From: Clostridia bacterium
GTDB taxonomy: Bacteria > Bacillota > Clostridia > UBA1212 > DUPL01
Assembly (NCBI GenBank): GCA_050951325.1
Contig: JBMNIW010000003.1
Coordinates: 320,001-384,000 of the forward strand
DNA: 64,000 nucleotides
Direction of reading: 5' to 3'
Position 1 is the first letter of the stretch. Each line of letters starts with the position of its first letter. Both the position numbers and the translations under genes were made by a program. Below, in pieces: positions 19,849-29,156 of this stretch. The notes under the pieces were generated by a model. That model had not been told where the DNA came from. It was given only the letters and a program-made list of their open reading frames with translations, and made no database searches.

Positions 19849-20625
19849 TCATTCATTATGCCTAAAAACTGGATAACCTCCACCCGAAAAGTCAATTATA
19901 CCGTCCGATTCACCATTAAAACCAGCATTAAGTATCTCTTTAAGATAAGAAAGCTTCAAACCTGGCTCCTCCATGTCCCCAAACTTAACAGAAAGAGACG
20001 GATGGGTATAAAACCAGATATCGTCCGAATCACTTACATCAATAATATCTATCCTGCCTTCGTGAATAGACAGCTGTTTAAGCAGGTTGCATATCTTTAT
20101 AGCGGTATCAACTCTTTTGTCCTCCGATTTTGTAATGGGCTGCCCTACTTTGTAACTATCAAGCTCTATCCCCTGCACTATGGGCAGATTTGGTTTCTCA
20201 TCCTCTTCAGTAAAAGTTGAAAGCAAATATCCTTCCGAATCAATATAAAGGTACACGCTGCGTTCTTTTAGGAGAAATATGGGGATTCTTTCCTTTGTAT
20301 TCACCACAACCTTGTTTGGAAAACGATAACTTATACTCACATCTCTTAAATAAGGGCATTCAAAAACAAGCTTGTCTTCAAGCTCGTCCAATTGGAAGGA
20401 TAAAATACTTTCCGACTGGGACAAAGACTTGTGCTTGAGAATCTCCGAAAATCCGTTCTTACCAATTAAACCAGCAAGATGCACGTAAACCTCCTTCTCG
20501 TCGTAGTATTCCATTGGCATGATTTCAATCTCCTTTATATTAAACAAAGGCGAAAAGAAGAAAGCAATAACTACGGATATGAATAATATGAGGATTACAA
20601 TAATCCTGACACCCTTGCGATTCAA
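19849..20625 (-). CDS. ftsQ: Cell division protein FtsQ/DivIB
   Basis: N-terminal TM, SPLFNIKEIEI POTRA start, FPNKVVV..ER.P; located between murA and sbp-ftsA. Confidence 0.85.
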   Translation of the reverse strand: MNRKGVRIIVILILFISVVIAFFFSPLFNIKEIEIMPMEYYDEKEVYVHLAGLIGKNGFSEILKHKSLSQSESILSFQLDELEDKLVFECPYLRDVSISYRFPNKVVVNTKERIPIFLLKERSVYLYIDSEGYLLSTFTEEDEKPNLPIVQGIELDSYKVGQPITKSEDKRVDTAIKICNLLKQLSIHEGRIDIIDVSDSDDIWFYTHPSLSVKFGDMEEPGLKLSYLKEILNAGFNGESDGIIDFSGGGYPVFRHNE

Positions 20626-20697
20626 AAAGCTACCGCCTTTCCCAAAAAAATTTATCGCCAATATTATATCACAAATTCCATAGTATTGCTTTTGATT

Positions 20698-21657
20698 TCA
20701 CACGGTTCTTGCTGCACAAAGTTTTACAGTCTTCACTCTGCCGCCCAGCATCTGAAACTTCTTTTCGATGTCGGCATATCCTCTTTCTATAAAGTGGTCG
20801 TCATCAATATATGTGTCGCCAACTGCGCAAAGTCCTGCTATCAGAAGTGACGCTCCACATCTTAAGTCAGATGATACCAAATCGCAACCAACAAGACGTT
20901 CAACTCCGTTGATGAGTATGCTTTTCTTGCCAATATACTCAATATCGGCACCCATTTTAACCAGTTCAGGCACATGTTTGAATCTGTTTTCAAAAATTGT
21001 TTCCTCAACAACACTAGCTCCAGACGTTACACTCAAAAGCGAAGTGAGAGGCGCTTGCAAATCCGTTGGAAACCCGGGATACGGCAGCGTCCTGACACTG
21101 ATTCCACCTAATGTATCAAGTTTTCTTTTTGTAGATTCGACATAGACTGCGTTGTGGTAAATTTCAATTTTACATCCAATATTGTAGAGTAACTCGATAA
21201 GGGAAAAAACATGAGACGGTACAATGTTTCGTACAAACACTTTGCCGCCTGTCGCCGCACTGGCTATCATATATGTGCCAGCTTCGATTCTGTCAGGCAT
21301 AATGCTGTGCTCTTCACAGTCATGCAATTCCTTTACGCCTTCAACAACTATTTCGCCTGTACCTGCGCCTTTGACTTTTCCACCAATTGCGTTAAGGTAC
21401 TTTTGCAAATCTTCAATTTCTGGTTCTCTTGCACTATTTTTAATAACTGTCGTACCCTCTGCCAGCACTGCAGCCAGCATGGCGTTTTCAGTAGCCCCTA
21501 CACTGGGAAAAGGCAGTTTTATTTCATTGCCTTTAAGTTTTGCAGCCCTGGCATATATTATATCGCCCTCTTCAATCACAGCACCCAGAGCTCTTAGCGC
21601 ATTCAAATGCATATCTATAGGCCTTTCTCCTATAGTGCAGCCTCCTGGGTGCGTTAC
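20698..21657 (-). pseudogene. murA: MurA (UDP-GlcNAc 1-carboxyvinyltransferase) lacking roughly the N-terminal 110 aa
   Basis: The frame reads TAA-F-N-G-V-T-H-PGGCTIGERPIDMHL... to an intact C-terminus (PDRIEAGTY, PYPGFPTDLQ, FENRF). There is no start codon upstream of the PGGC loop. Confidence 0.8.
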
Positions 21658-21670
21658 CCCATTGAATTAT

Positions 21671-22783
21671 TCAATTAGAGAGATGCATCTGTATGACGCC
21701 TTCGATTTCTTTTATAACATCTTCAAGATAAGAATTAAGTTCGTCAAAATCCATTGAAGATATATAGATTTCTTCGAGTTTTGCGTGTTCACGCTTGGAT
21801 TTGGACATCATTCTTACTGCTTTGTTGAGGAGTTCGTCAAACCTAATGCTGTTGTATTTGATGTCATCCTTTGCACGGAGCACGTTATATTCGCTCAAAA
21901 ATCCCTCAAGGGGATATTCATAGTACATGTCGCTTCCAGAGGCTTCGTGGTATGGATTTGACGACACTACTGCCGTCTTCAGCTCGGGTATCCTAATATG
22001 CTCAAGCTTTGTGTCAAAACCGCAAAGGAAACTCTCCGTGTTGAAACCGCAGAGATTCGCCCTAACCTTGATGACTTCCAATATTGAGGAAGTACTCATA
22101 CCCATCGTGGTATCTATTGAGTATACCTTGTCGTCCCTGAAAATTTCATTGACAGAGCCCATCAAACCTGCAGGCGTTATTGCAGTTGCAAAGAGTTTTT
22201 TGTCCTTTCCAAGGCTTAATGACGGTTCAAAGTCTCCTAGTATCTCATCTGCCAGGTTTGATGCAAAGAGGTATGCCTTGTTCTTTTCGAAAGACTCTTC
22301 CATTATATTGACTGTATCATCATATATGATGCCAGCTGCTTGAAGATAATGGTAGGCACGTTTGTAATAGTCGCTTTTGTCCTTCATGAACTGAATAATG
22401 TCATCCCTGTACCGGATAAGGAAGGATGTATCCCAAAAAGACCCCAAATTAATAATCTCTTCCCTTGCACCAGGACATTTGGGATCAATCATATGAGGGC
22501 TTGTGCCATCCACAACTGCAATCCCGCCTTCAGTACTGATAACCCCGTCCAGGCTTTGGGGGTCACCGGAACAATGAACAATGTCCATGTTGCAGCCAAG
22601 ACTATCAAGAAGACCAATGACTTTTTTTACAAAGGTGGACTTGCCCGTACCAGGTCCTCCTTTAAGAATGTACACTGTTAGATTGTAATTGTCGTAGTCC
22701 GTCAACAATGTTTCGTACAAACTTTTAAACCCATATCTTGTGTTTGCTCCTAGAAATATGTTCCTTCTACTGCCAAAACTCAT
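21671..22783 (-). CDS. PRK06851-family P-loop ATPase
   Basis: FLGANT..GF.S, YILKGGPGTGKST, HCSGDPQSLDGV, DGTSPH; the second half is a degenerate repeat. Confidence 0.85.
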   Translation of the reverse strand: MSFGSRRNIFLGANTRYGFKSLYETLLTDYDNYNLTVYILKGGPGTGKSTFVKKVIGLLDSLGCNMDIVHCSGDPQSLDGVISTEGGIAVVDGTSPHMIDPKCPGAREEIINLGSFWDTSFLIRYRDDIIQFMKDKSDYYKRAYHYLQAAGIIYDDTVNIMEESFEKNKAYLFASNLADEILGDFEPSLSLGKDKKLFATAITPAGLMGSVNEIFRDDKVYSIDTTMGMSTSSILEVIKVRANLCGFNTESFLCGFDTKLEHIRIPELKTAVVSSNPYHEASGSDMYYEYPLEGFLSEYNVLRAKDDIKYNSIRFDELLNKAVRMMSKSKREHAKLEEIYISSMDFDELNSYLEDVIKEIEGVIQMHLSN

Positions 22784-22831
22784 ATTACTGCTCCTTGTAA
22801 TCCTTACACATTATATTATGACCTCCCTATA

Positions 22832-24448
22832 CTATTTGTTACATGCATGCTTTAACGTTTCCACATAAAACACACTTGCCTCTTCCTGATTGCTTCCCCG
22901 CATTTCAGGATAAACCAAATACAATTTGTTTTTTGCCCTTGTCATGGCTACATAAAACAACCTTCTTTCTTCTTCCAACATGCCGCCACTCATTCTTTCC
23001 CTCTTGGGAAACTCGCCATTCACCAAATCAACAATGAAAACCGTATCAAATTCCAGTCCTTTTGCAGAATGGGCAGTTGACAAAGTAATATTGGCATCTT
23101 CGTCAGCCCTAAACTCCAGACACTTGATTAGTTCCTCATACGAACCATTAATACTACATAAAGTTTTCAAAAATTCATAAACATATTCAGCAAACATGCG
23201 ACTTTTTCCATGTCTTTCGTAATAATTCGACATATCATCATATAATCCTGAAAGAAGCATCCTCTCAAAAACCTTTTTGGGTCTAGGTATCAAAAACCTT
23301 GCTTCTTTTTCCGCATCCCTTATTCTTGCCAAAACTTTTTTAACCATAAAATCAGACGCAATATCAATATTTCCACCAAGTACGTTGTATGGGAGATTGA
23401 AATGATTCAAATACAATTTGAACATTACTGCAGACAAATTGTTTCTGTAAATGACGCAGACACTCCCCCTCTTATTGATCTTTGAAATCTTCTCACATAC
23501 GAACCTTGCCTGCTCACTTAAATTTCTTAAGTGTATGAACTCAATCTTTTCCCCCAACCTATTATTCGTAAACAAGTTCTTCTCATACCTGTTTCTATTC
23601 AAAGCAATCACACTGCTGGCACACTGTACTATCCTTTTGCATGAACGGTAGTTTTCTTCCAGGTAGTACTTCACGCAATTGGAATAATGTTTCTCAAACT
23701 CCAAAACACACCCGGGGTCCGCTCCCCTGAATGCATATATTCCCTGGTCGTCGTCCGCTACAACAAATATGTTTCCATGTCCTGCAAGATATTTCATTAC
23801 CTCAAACTGAGCCCTTGACAAATCCTGTCCTTCATCCACCTGTATGTACTCATACTTTTTTGACCATCTTCTCCGTATTCTTTCATCATTTTCGAGAAGC
23901 TCTTTTGCAAACAAAACCATGTCGTCAAAATCAACTAGGTTGTTTTGTCTTTTGTATGCATTATACATATCATATATCTTGTCAAAATTCCTGATAAAAC
24001 CGTCAGAGGAATACTCAGGCCTGTTTGTCCTTCTGCTGATTAAAGAGAACACCTCATCTGATTCTGGCATGTTTACTCCTTTGTTTACCTTTAACCAAAT
24101 ATCCTCCAGAATCTTTTGTTTGACCTTTGCATCTCCACCTATCCTGTGGAACCTATTCCCTGTTATATTCTCATAATCATATATTATCCTGTTGCACAAA
24201 CTGTGCACCGTGCCAAAGTGCGGCAAATCTCTGCCAGGATAAAGCCTTGCATACCTTACTGCCATTTCTCTCCCTGCCGCTCTTGTAAATGTTACGGACA
24301 AAAGCCAGTCAGAACCGGTAATTCCATCCGTCAAAAACCCAATCCTTCTAGTTATAACCGTGGTTTTGCCGCTCCCTGGTCCTGCCAGTACCAGACAAGG
24401 CCCTTCCCTATGATACACAGCTTTTTTCTGAGAATCGCTTAATCTCAT
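22832..24448 (-). CDS. UvrD/PcrA/Rep-family (YjcD-like) ATP-dependent helicase
   Basis: Q motif, AGPGSGKT, VDEGQD, DDDQGIYAFRGA, ENYRS, TAHSAKGLEF, EEERRLFYVAMTRAK. Start ATG 24448 after AGGAG. Confidence 0.92.
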   Translation of the reverse strand: MRLSDSQKKAVYHREGPCLVLAGPGSGKTTVITRRIGFLTDGITGSDWLLSVTFTRAAGREMAVRYARLYPGRDLPHFGTVHSLCNRIIYDYENITGNRFHRIGGDAKVKQKILEDIWLKVNKGVNMPESDEVFSLISRRTNRPEYSSDGFIRNFDKIYDMYNAYKRQNNLVDFDDMVLFAKELLENDERIRRRWSKKYEYIQVDEGQDLSRAQFEVMKYLAGHGNIFVVADDDQGIYAFRGADPGCVLEFEKHYSNCVKYYLEENYRSCKRIVQCASSVIALNRNRYEKNLFTNNRLGEKIEFIHLRNLSEQARFVCEKISKINKRGSVCVIYRNNLSAVMFKLYLNHFNLPYNVLGGNIDIASDFMVKKVLARIRDAEKEARFLIPRPKKVFERMLLSGLYDDMSNYYERHGKSRMFAEYVYEFLKTLCSINGSYEELIKCLEFRADEDANITLSTAHSAKGLEFDTVFIVDLVNGEFPKRERMSGGMLEEERRLFYVAMTRAKNKLYLVYPEMRGSNQEEASVFYVETLKHACNK

Positions 24449-24567
24449 GTTACTCCTTTTTCTATATAGTCTACCGCTTTTTTCATGTGGGTTCAACTCA
24501 TTTTTTATGCTTGACAATTTGAAAAGATTAATATATTTACAATATTATACAACAGGAGGAAGTACTT

Positions 24568-25563
24568 ATGAAGAAAAGATTTTTTGCCGTCCTAATTACA
24601 GTTGCACTTGTAACTGTTTGTCTGTTTTCTCAAGTAAGTGCACAGACCAAATTCTCTGAATATGACTTTTCAGGCTGGACTGAAATAAAGTCATATTTCG
24701 AAGACTATCAATCTTTTGTGTTTCCGGATTGGAGGCATCCTTTCAAGGAAACAGACACTGATCTAATCCCAGAAGGCTGGAAATATGAAAAACCAGCCGG
24801 AGCAGCAGATAGTGAAATCGTAAATGAAAGCGGAGATATCGGGTTCTTCCCATCTCCCAACTCAGAACTCTATACAAAAGATGCAATATCAAATCCATAC
24901 GTATGGGTTATGAGAACAAGACTCTCTGCAGGCAAGGTTGCTCAGTATATTGTAAGAGCAACACACGAAAAAATAAACAATGTAAGGTTTACAGATCCTG
25001 ACGGTACATAGATTACCTATAAGGACGACGATGGCAATGATGTGGAAAAGGATGTGCTTGGTTCAAGCGGAATATCCTTCAGACCACACGGCACTTCAGT
25101 CTACATATTCATCAAGCAGTATGACCCAAGTGCTCCAAAGAAACTGAACAACAAGGTTGTAAAAATTGACGATGTGGCCAACTTCATATTCCCAAGAGGA
25201 GAGTACCAGGACGTTGCGGTAGTTGACGACGGAAAATCCGTCACCATCTACTTTGGAGACGAACTTGTTGCTAAAATATCCTTCTCCGAAAAGAAGAAGT
25301 ATGATATCAGCAATGAGGAATTCTATTCAAAGGCAACTGTTACTGGAAAAAATGGCTCCGTTCTTGCCAATGTGGACAATGCGTTAATTAGCACAAAGAG
25401 TGTTCTTTGCATTGCTGCAAATGATATCATAGGTGTTGGCGAGATTGGATACACTGAGTACAAAATTGAATCAAACCCACAAACTGGCGACACTGCAGCC
25501 TTTATTGGACTTGTAGCACTGCTGGGAATGGCGGTTCTTAAGAAAAGACCTATAGAAGAATAA
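24568..25563 (+). pseudogene. Secreted NPQTG-anchored surface protein interrupted by one in-frame TAG (pseudogene or readthrough)
   Basis: Signal peptide MKKRFF...VSA; TAG at 25009-25011; the same frame continues to NPQTGD + hydrophobic segment + KKR. Homologous to 31414-32499 and 32575-33651. Confidence 0.75.
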
Positions 25564-25575
25564 CAAGTGATACAC

Positions 25576-25601
25576 AACCGCCGGTCTAGCCGGCGGTTTT
25601 T
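25576..25601 (+). terminator. Rho-independent terminator
   Basis: AACCGCCGG-TCTAG-CCGGCGGTT followed by T residues. Confidence 0.85.
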
Positions 25602-25646
25602 GAAAATATGTCATAAGATAAACATATAAAAAATTCAGAAATGGTA

Positions 25647-25675
25647 TTGACAATTCGAAATCAACTTAGTATAAT
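25647..25675 (+). promoter_or_regulatory. Consensus sigma-A promoter of tRNA-Leu
   Basis: TTGACA-17 bp-TATAAT, 20 bp upstream of the tRNA. Confidence 0.88.
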
Positions 25676-25695
25676 AATGATTGTGCCAAGGACAT

Positions 25696-25781
25696 GCGAT
25701 TGTGGCGGAACTGGCAGACGCGCACGTTTGAGGGGCGTGTGGGCAACCCCCGTACGAGTTCAAGTCTCGTCAATCGCACCA
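25696..25781 (+). tRNA. tRNA-Leu (GAG)
   Basis: Acceptor GCGATTG/CAATCGC-ACCA, D-loop TGGCAGAC, anticodon arm CACGT-TTGAGGG-GCGTG, long variable arm, GTTCAAGTC. Confidence 0.96.
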
Positions 25782-25788
25782 GATAAAT

Positions 25789-25823
25789 AGAAGTCAGCTG
25801 TGTTGCAGTTGACTTCTTTTTTT
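25789..25823 (+). terminator. Terminator after tRNA-Leu
   Basis: AGAAGTCAGCTG-TGTTG-CAGTTGACTTCT followed by a T run. Confidence 0.85.
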
Positions 25824-25868
25824 ATGCATTATATACTCATATATTTCTTCCGACGAGGAGACTTTGAC

Positions 25869-26354
25869 ATGTCACAGGAATATGTTTTCGAATTTTACGG
25901 AACAAAAGAAGACTTTTTGAGTTGTTTGGACCGTTTATCCAACAATTATTATCAAAGTTCCAAAATCTATTATATCAACAACTATATTGTGAAGTTTGTA
26001 GATAATGAAATTCACTTCGGTGTAGAAAGAGCAGGACATTCAGGTGGGTTTTGGTTTATACCCAGAATCACAGAACTGAATGACCGAATGGAATTTCGAG
26101 GAAAAATCAAATACATAGGCCCCAGTTGCAATCAGTATACAAAAGAGAAAGTAATTAATAAGATAGTGGTATTCTTTGTGTCAATTCTGCTGCTGCCCTT
26201 TGTTTTATTCATCATGCTTTTTACGTTTATCAAAGGAATTATGGAGAGATTAAAAAAACAACATAAACCAAAATTGAAAACAACAGAAGATAGATTGTTT
26301 GATTTAATGGAAAACTATATGGGTATGAGACAAGTATTGAGCAAGACTGATTAG
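25869..26354 (+). CDS. Hypothetical membrane protein
   Basis: SD GAGGAG before ATG 25869; one long hydrophobic segment; AT-rich; no recognised family. Confidence 0.7.
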   Translation: MSQEYVFEFYGTKEDFLSCLDRLSNNYYQSSKIYYINNYIVKFVDNEIHFGVERAGHSGGFWFIPRITELNDRMEFRGKIKYIGPSCNQYTKEKVINKIVVFFVSILLLPFVLFIMLFTFIKGIMERLKKQHKPKLKTTEDRLFDLMENYMGMRQVLSKTD

Positions 26355-26373
26355 AAAAAAACAGCCTCTTTTG

Positions 26374-26403
26374 TTATATTCCACCACCAGTCTGGACATA
26401 ATA
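26374..26403 (+). promoter_or_regulatory. Putative sigma-F-type promoter of the yhfW-like gene
   Basis: TTATA-15 bp-GGACATAATA. Confidence 0.45.
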
Positions 26404-26433
26404 CCTTTAATATGAATAAACAGGAGTGATATT

Positions 26434-27906
26434 ATGTCCTTATGGCTTGACACATGCAAACTGCCAGAATACGATGCCCTGGATAAAGACATCGAATGCG
26501 ACGTTTTGATAATGGGCGGCGGTTTATCCGGCATTCTGACAGCCTTTTTACTAAAACAAAAAGGAGTCGATGCCTGTATAGTAGAATCCGATAGAATTGC
26601 AAGCGGAACAACAGGAAGAACTACAGGAAAAGTAACCATCCAACACGGTCTTTGTTATCATAATTTTCTAAATCAAATCGGCAGAGAAAAAACTTTAATG
26701 TACAAGATTGCCAATGATGAGGCTCTCAAAACTTACAGATATATAGTTGACAAGTTAAATATAGAATGCGATTTTGAAACAAAACCTGCATATGTTTACA
26801 CCACGGAACCAAAATATGCAGAAGCAATTAAAGAAGAAGCAGAAGTTGCAAAAGACCTGGGAATCGATGCAGAATACATCGAAGGAAAACTACCTCTTCC
26901 CTTCCCTACAGAATGTGCTGTCAAGTTCAACAACCAAGCCCAGTTCCATCCTCTTAAATTTATCTCAAGTATAATTCAGGGTTTAAAAATATATGAAAAG
27001 ACAAAGGTTTTGGAGATTGATGTTGAGAAGCATGTTGCAAGAACCACGGGAGGGAAAATAAAAGCAAGACACATAGTATTTGCTACAGGTTTTCCTTTCA
27101 ATTACACCCCCGGCTACTATTTTTTACGCATGCATCAAAAGCGGTCCTATCTGCTTGCATTGGAAATACAAAGCGACAGCCCCCAGCTGGACGGAATGTA
27201 TCTTGATGCAAATGGAGAAAACGGTTTTACTTTGAGAATGTACAACGGAATGCTGCTATTTGGAGGAGGAAGCCACAGAACAGGAGAAAACTCCGGCGGC
27301 AAATACGATTACCTGATACAATCAGCAAACAAGTATTATCCCGGATGCAGAATAGTTCATCAATGGTCTGCCCAGGACTGTGTGTCCCTTGACAACATAC
27401 CGTATATAGGTCAGTTTTCCGCATCTACTCCCAATATATTTGTGACTACTGGTTACAGGAAATGGGGAATGACAGGCTCCATGGTTGGAGCAAAGATAGT
27501 TGCAGACATGATACTTGGTCAAAACGATACTGAAAACTATCGGGAAGTATTCAATCCACAAAGATTCAACCTCTCCGCTTCAGCTGTAAACCTCTTTAAG
27601 GATACTGTCAAGGCTGTAAAAGGCCTTGCCAAGGAAAAATTCACAATACCTAAAGAGGAACTAAAAGAAGTTAACAGTGGAGAAGGAAAAGTTATTGAAT
27701 ATCTGGGCAAAAAAGTAGGTGTATACAGAGACGACGAAGGCACTGTATACACCGTATCAACGAAATGTTCCCACCTAGGATGCCAGTTGGAATGGAATCA
27801 GGATGAAAAATCCTGGGATTGCCCATGCCATGGCTCAAGATTCGATTACAAAGGATTTGTCATAGACAACCCTGCCATTCATCCAGTAAACTTCCTGGAC
27901 GATTAG
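26434..27906 (+). CDS. FAD-dependent oxidoreductase with C-terminal Rieske [2Fe-2S] domain (YhfW-like)
   Basis: MSLW, GGGLSG, GTTGRTTGKVT, WSAQDC, TGYRKWGMT, CSHLGC...WDCPCHGSRF. Confidence 0.92.
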   Translation: MSLWLDTCKLPEYDALDKDIECDVLIMGGGLSGILTAFLLKQKGVDACIVESDRIASGTTGRTTGKVTIQHGLCYHNFLNQIGREKTLMYKIANDEALKTYRYIVDKLNIECDFETKPAYVYTTEPKYAEAIKEEAEVAKDLGIDAEYIEGKLPLPFPTECAVKFNNQAQFHPLKFISSIIQGLKIYEKTKVLEIDVEKHVARTTGGKIKARHIVFATGFPFNYTPGYYFLRMHQKRSYLLALEIQSDSPQLDGMYLDANGENGFTLRMYNGMLLFGGGSHRTGENSGGKYDYLIQSANKYYPGCRIVHQWSAQDCVSLDNIPYIGQFSASTPNIFVTTGYRKWGMTGSMVGAKIVADMILGQNDTENYREVFNPQRFNLSASAVNLFKDTVKAVKGLAKEKFTIPKEELKEVNSGEGKVIEYLGKKVGVYRDDEGTVYTVSTKCSHLGCQLEWNQDEKSWDCPCHGSRFDYKGFVIDNPAIHPVNFLDD

Positions 27907-29144
27907 ATAACAAAGTTTCCGTTTCTAAATATTGGCGTTGGATTGTCCTTCTCATCGTAGCCTGTAATTTCAAGGTCAGGTGTTCCTATCATGAAATCCA
28001 CATGGGTGAGGGAGTTGTTAAGACCATGTCTTTCGAGTTCTTCCTCACTCATATTTGTGCCGTTTTCAATGCTGGCCGGATAAGCTTTACCTAAAGCCAG
28101 ATGACAGGAAGCGTTTTCATCAAACAATGTGTTGAAGAAGATGATTCCCATTCTGGATATTGGTGAATCATATTGCACAAGAGCCACCTCTCCAAGTCTT
28201 TTTGCTCCATCAAAAGACTCCAGCATATTCTTCAAAGAATCATAGCCCTTCTCTGCTGAATAATTCACAACCTCTCCATTCTTGAAATCCAGCACAAAGT
28301 TCTCTATCAAAGTTCCCTGATAACTGAGCGGCATCGAACTTACTACCCTGCCCTCTGCAAAGTTCCTATCAGGAGCTGTAAATATTTCTTCTGTTGGCAT
28401 GTTTGCAATGAATGGTATGCCGCTTTGTGTTACATCACTACCACCTGCCCAAATGTGGTTCTTTGGAAGACCCACCTTGAAGTCGGTGCCAAGACTATTC
28501 TTAAAATGCAGGTAGGAAAACTGCTTATCATTCAAGAATTCATACCTTCTCTTCAAAGTTTCAACATGCTCATCCCATGCCTTTTCCGCATTTCCGCCTC
28601 CAACTCTGACAGACTTCAAAATCGCATCCCATAACAGTGACACCGAGTCATCCCCCTTGTCAAACACCTTCTTTGCCCATCTTTCAGTAGGAACTGAAAT
28701 GACAGTCCATGCACACTGGTTTGACATGGTGTAGTCATAGAATTCCTTAAGGGCAGTGTTTGATGCAATTGATGCATCTCTAAGCCTTGCAGGATCCACA
28801 TCCCTTAACAAGTCAGGATCAGATGCGGCAATGCTTACAAAACACGCTCCCCTTCTTGCATACATAAGCCTTTGCTCAACAGCCCAATTCGGGAATTCTT
28901 TGAATACTTCACTTTCGGCAAAGTCATACTTCAATTTTGTCATCAGCTCGTCATTCCAAATTGTAATGACTTCTTTGGCGCCAGCAATGTACGCTTCCTC
29001 GGCAATCATTCTGCCAAAATATGCGCACTCCACAGGACAGCTTAAAACAAGCTCCTGTCCTTTTTGCAGGTTTACACCCAGCCTTACTGTCAGGCGGGCA
29101 TATTCACGAAGGTTCTCGTTAAAATTGTTTTCCAATACTATCAC
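27903..29144 (-). CDS. M29 family aminopeptidase (AmpS/PepS-like)
   Basis: GVNLQKGQ, ANMPTEEIFTAP, LGEVALV, FFNTLFDENASCHLALGKAY, NNSLTHVDFMIG. Confidence 0.94.
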   Translation of the reverse strand: MIVLENNFNENLREYARLTVRLGVNLQKGQELVLSCPVECAYFGRMIAEEAYIAGAKEVITIWNDELMTKLKYDFAESEVFKEFPNWAVEQRLMYARRGACFVSIAASDPDLLRDVDPARLRDASIASNTALKEFYDYTMSNQCAWTVISVPTERWAKKVFDKGDDSVSLLWDAILKSVRVGGGNAEKAWDEHVETLKRRYEFLNDKQFSYLHFKNSLGTDFKVGLPKNHIWAGGSDVTQSGIPFIANMPTEEIFTAPDRNFAEGRVVSSMPLSYQGTLIENFVLDFKNGEVVNYSAEKGYDSLKNMLESFDGAKRLGEVALVQYDSPISRMGIIFFNTLFDENASCHLALGKAYPASIENGTNMSEEELERHGLNNSLTHVDFMIGTPDLEITGYDEKDNPTPIFRNGNFVI

Positions 29145-29156
29145 CTATCATATTAG

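Noticed and set aside
21661-21675. Palindrome as an ArgR, Fur or PerR operator
   Set aside because: Spacing does not fit an ARG box and the arms do not match Fur/PerR consensus. It is kept only as a breakpoint feature.
25009-25011. Genome-wide TAG reassignment (alternative genetic code)
   Set aside because: TAG ends rbfA, spoIIIAA, amaP, yhfW and ccdA at their expected C-termini. Only one internal TAG was seen in 64 kb.
25042-25563. Independent 173-aa gene
   Set aside because: No convincing SD or signal peptide despite carrying a sorting signal. Homology to the paralogs continues across the upstream TAG, so it is the C-terminal half of the 24568 gene.
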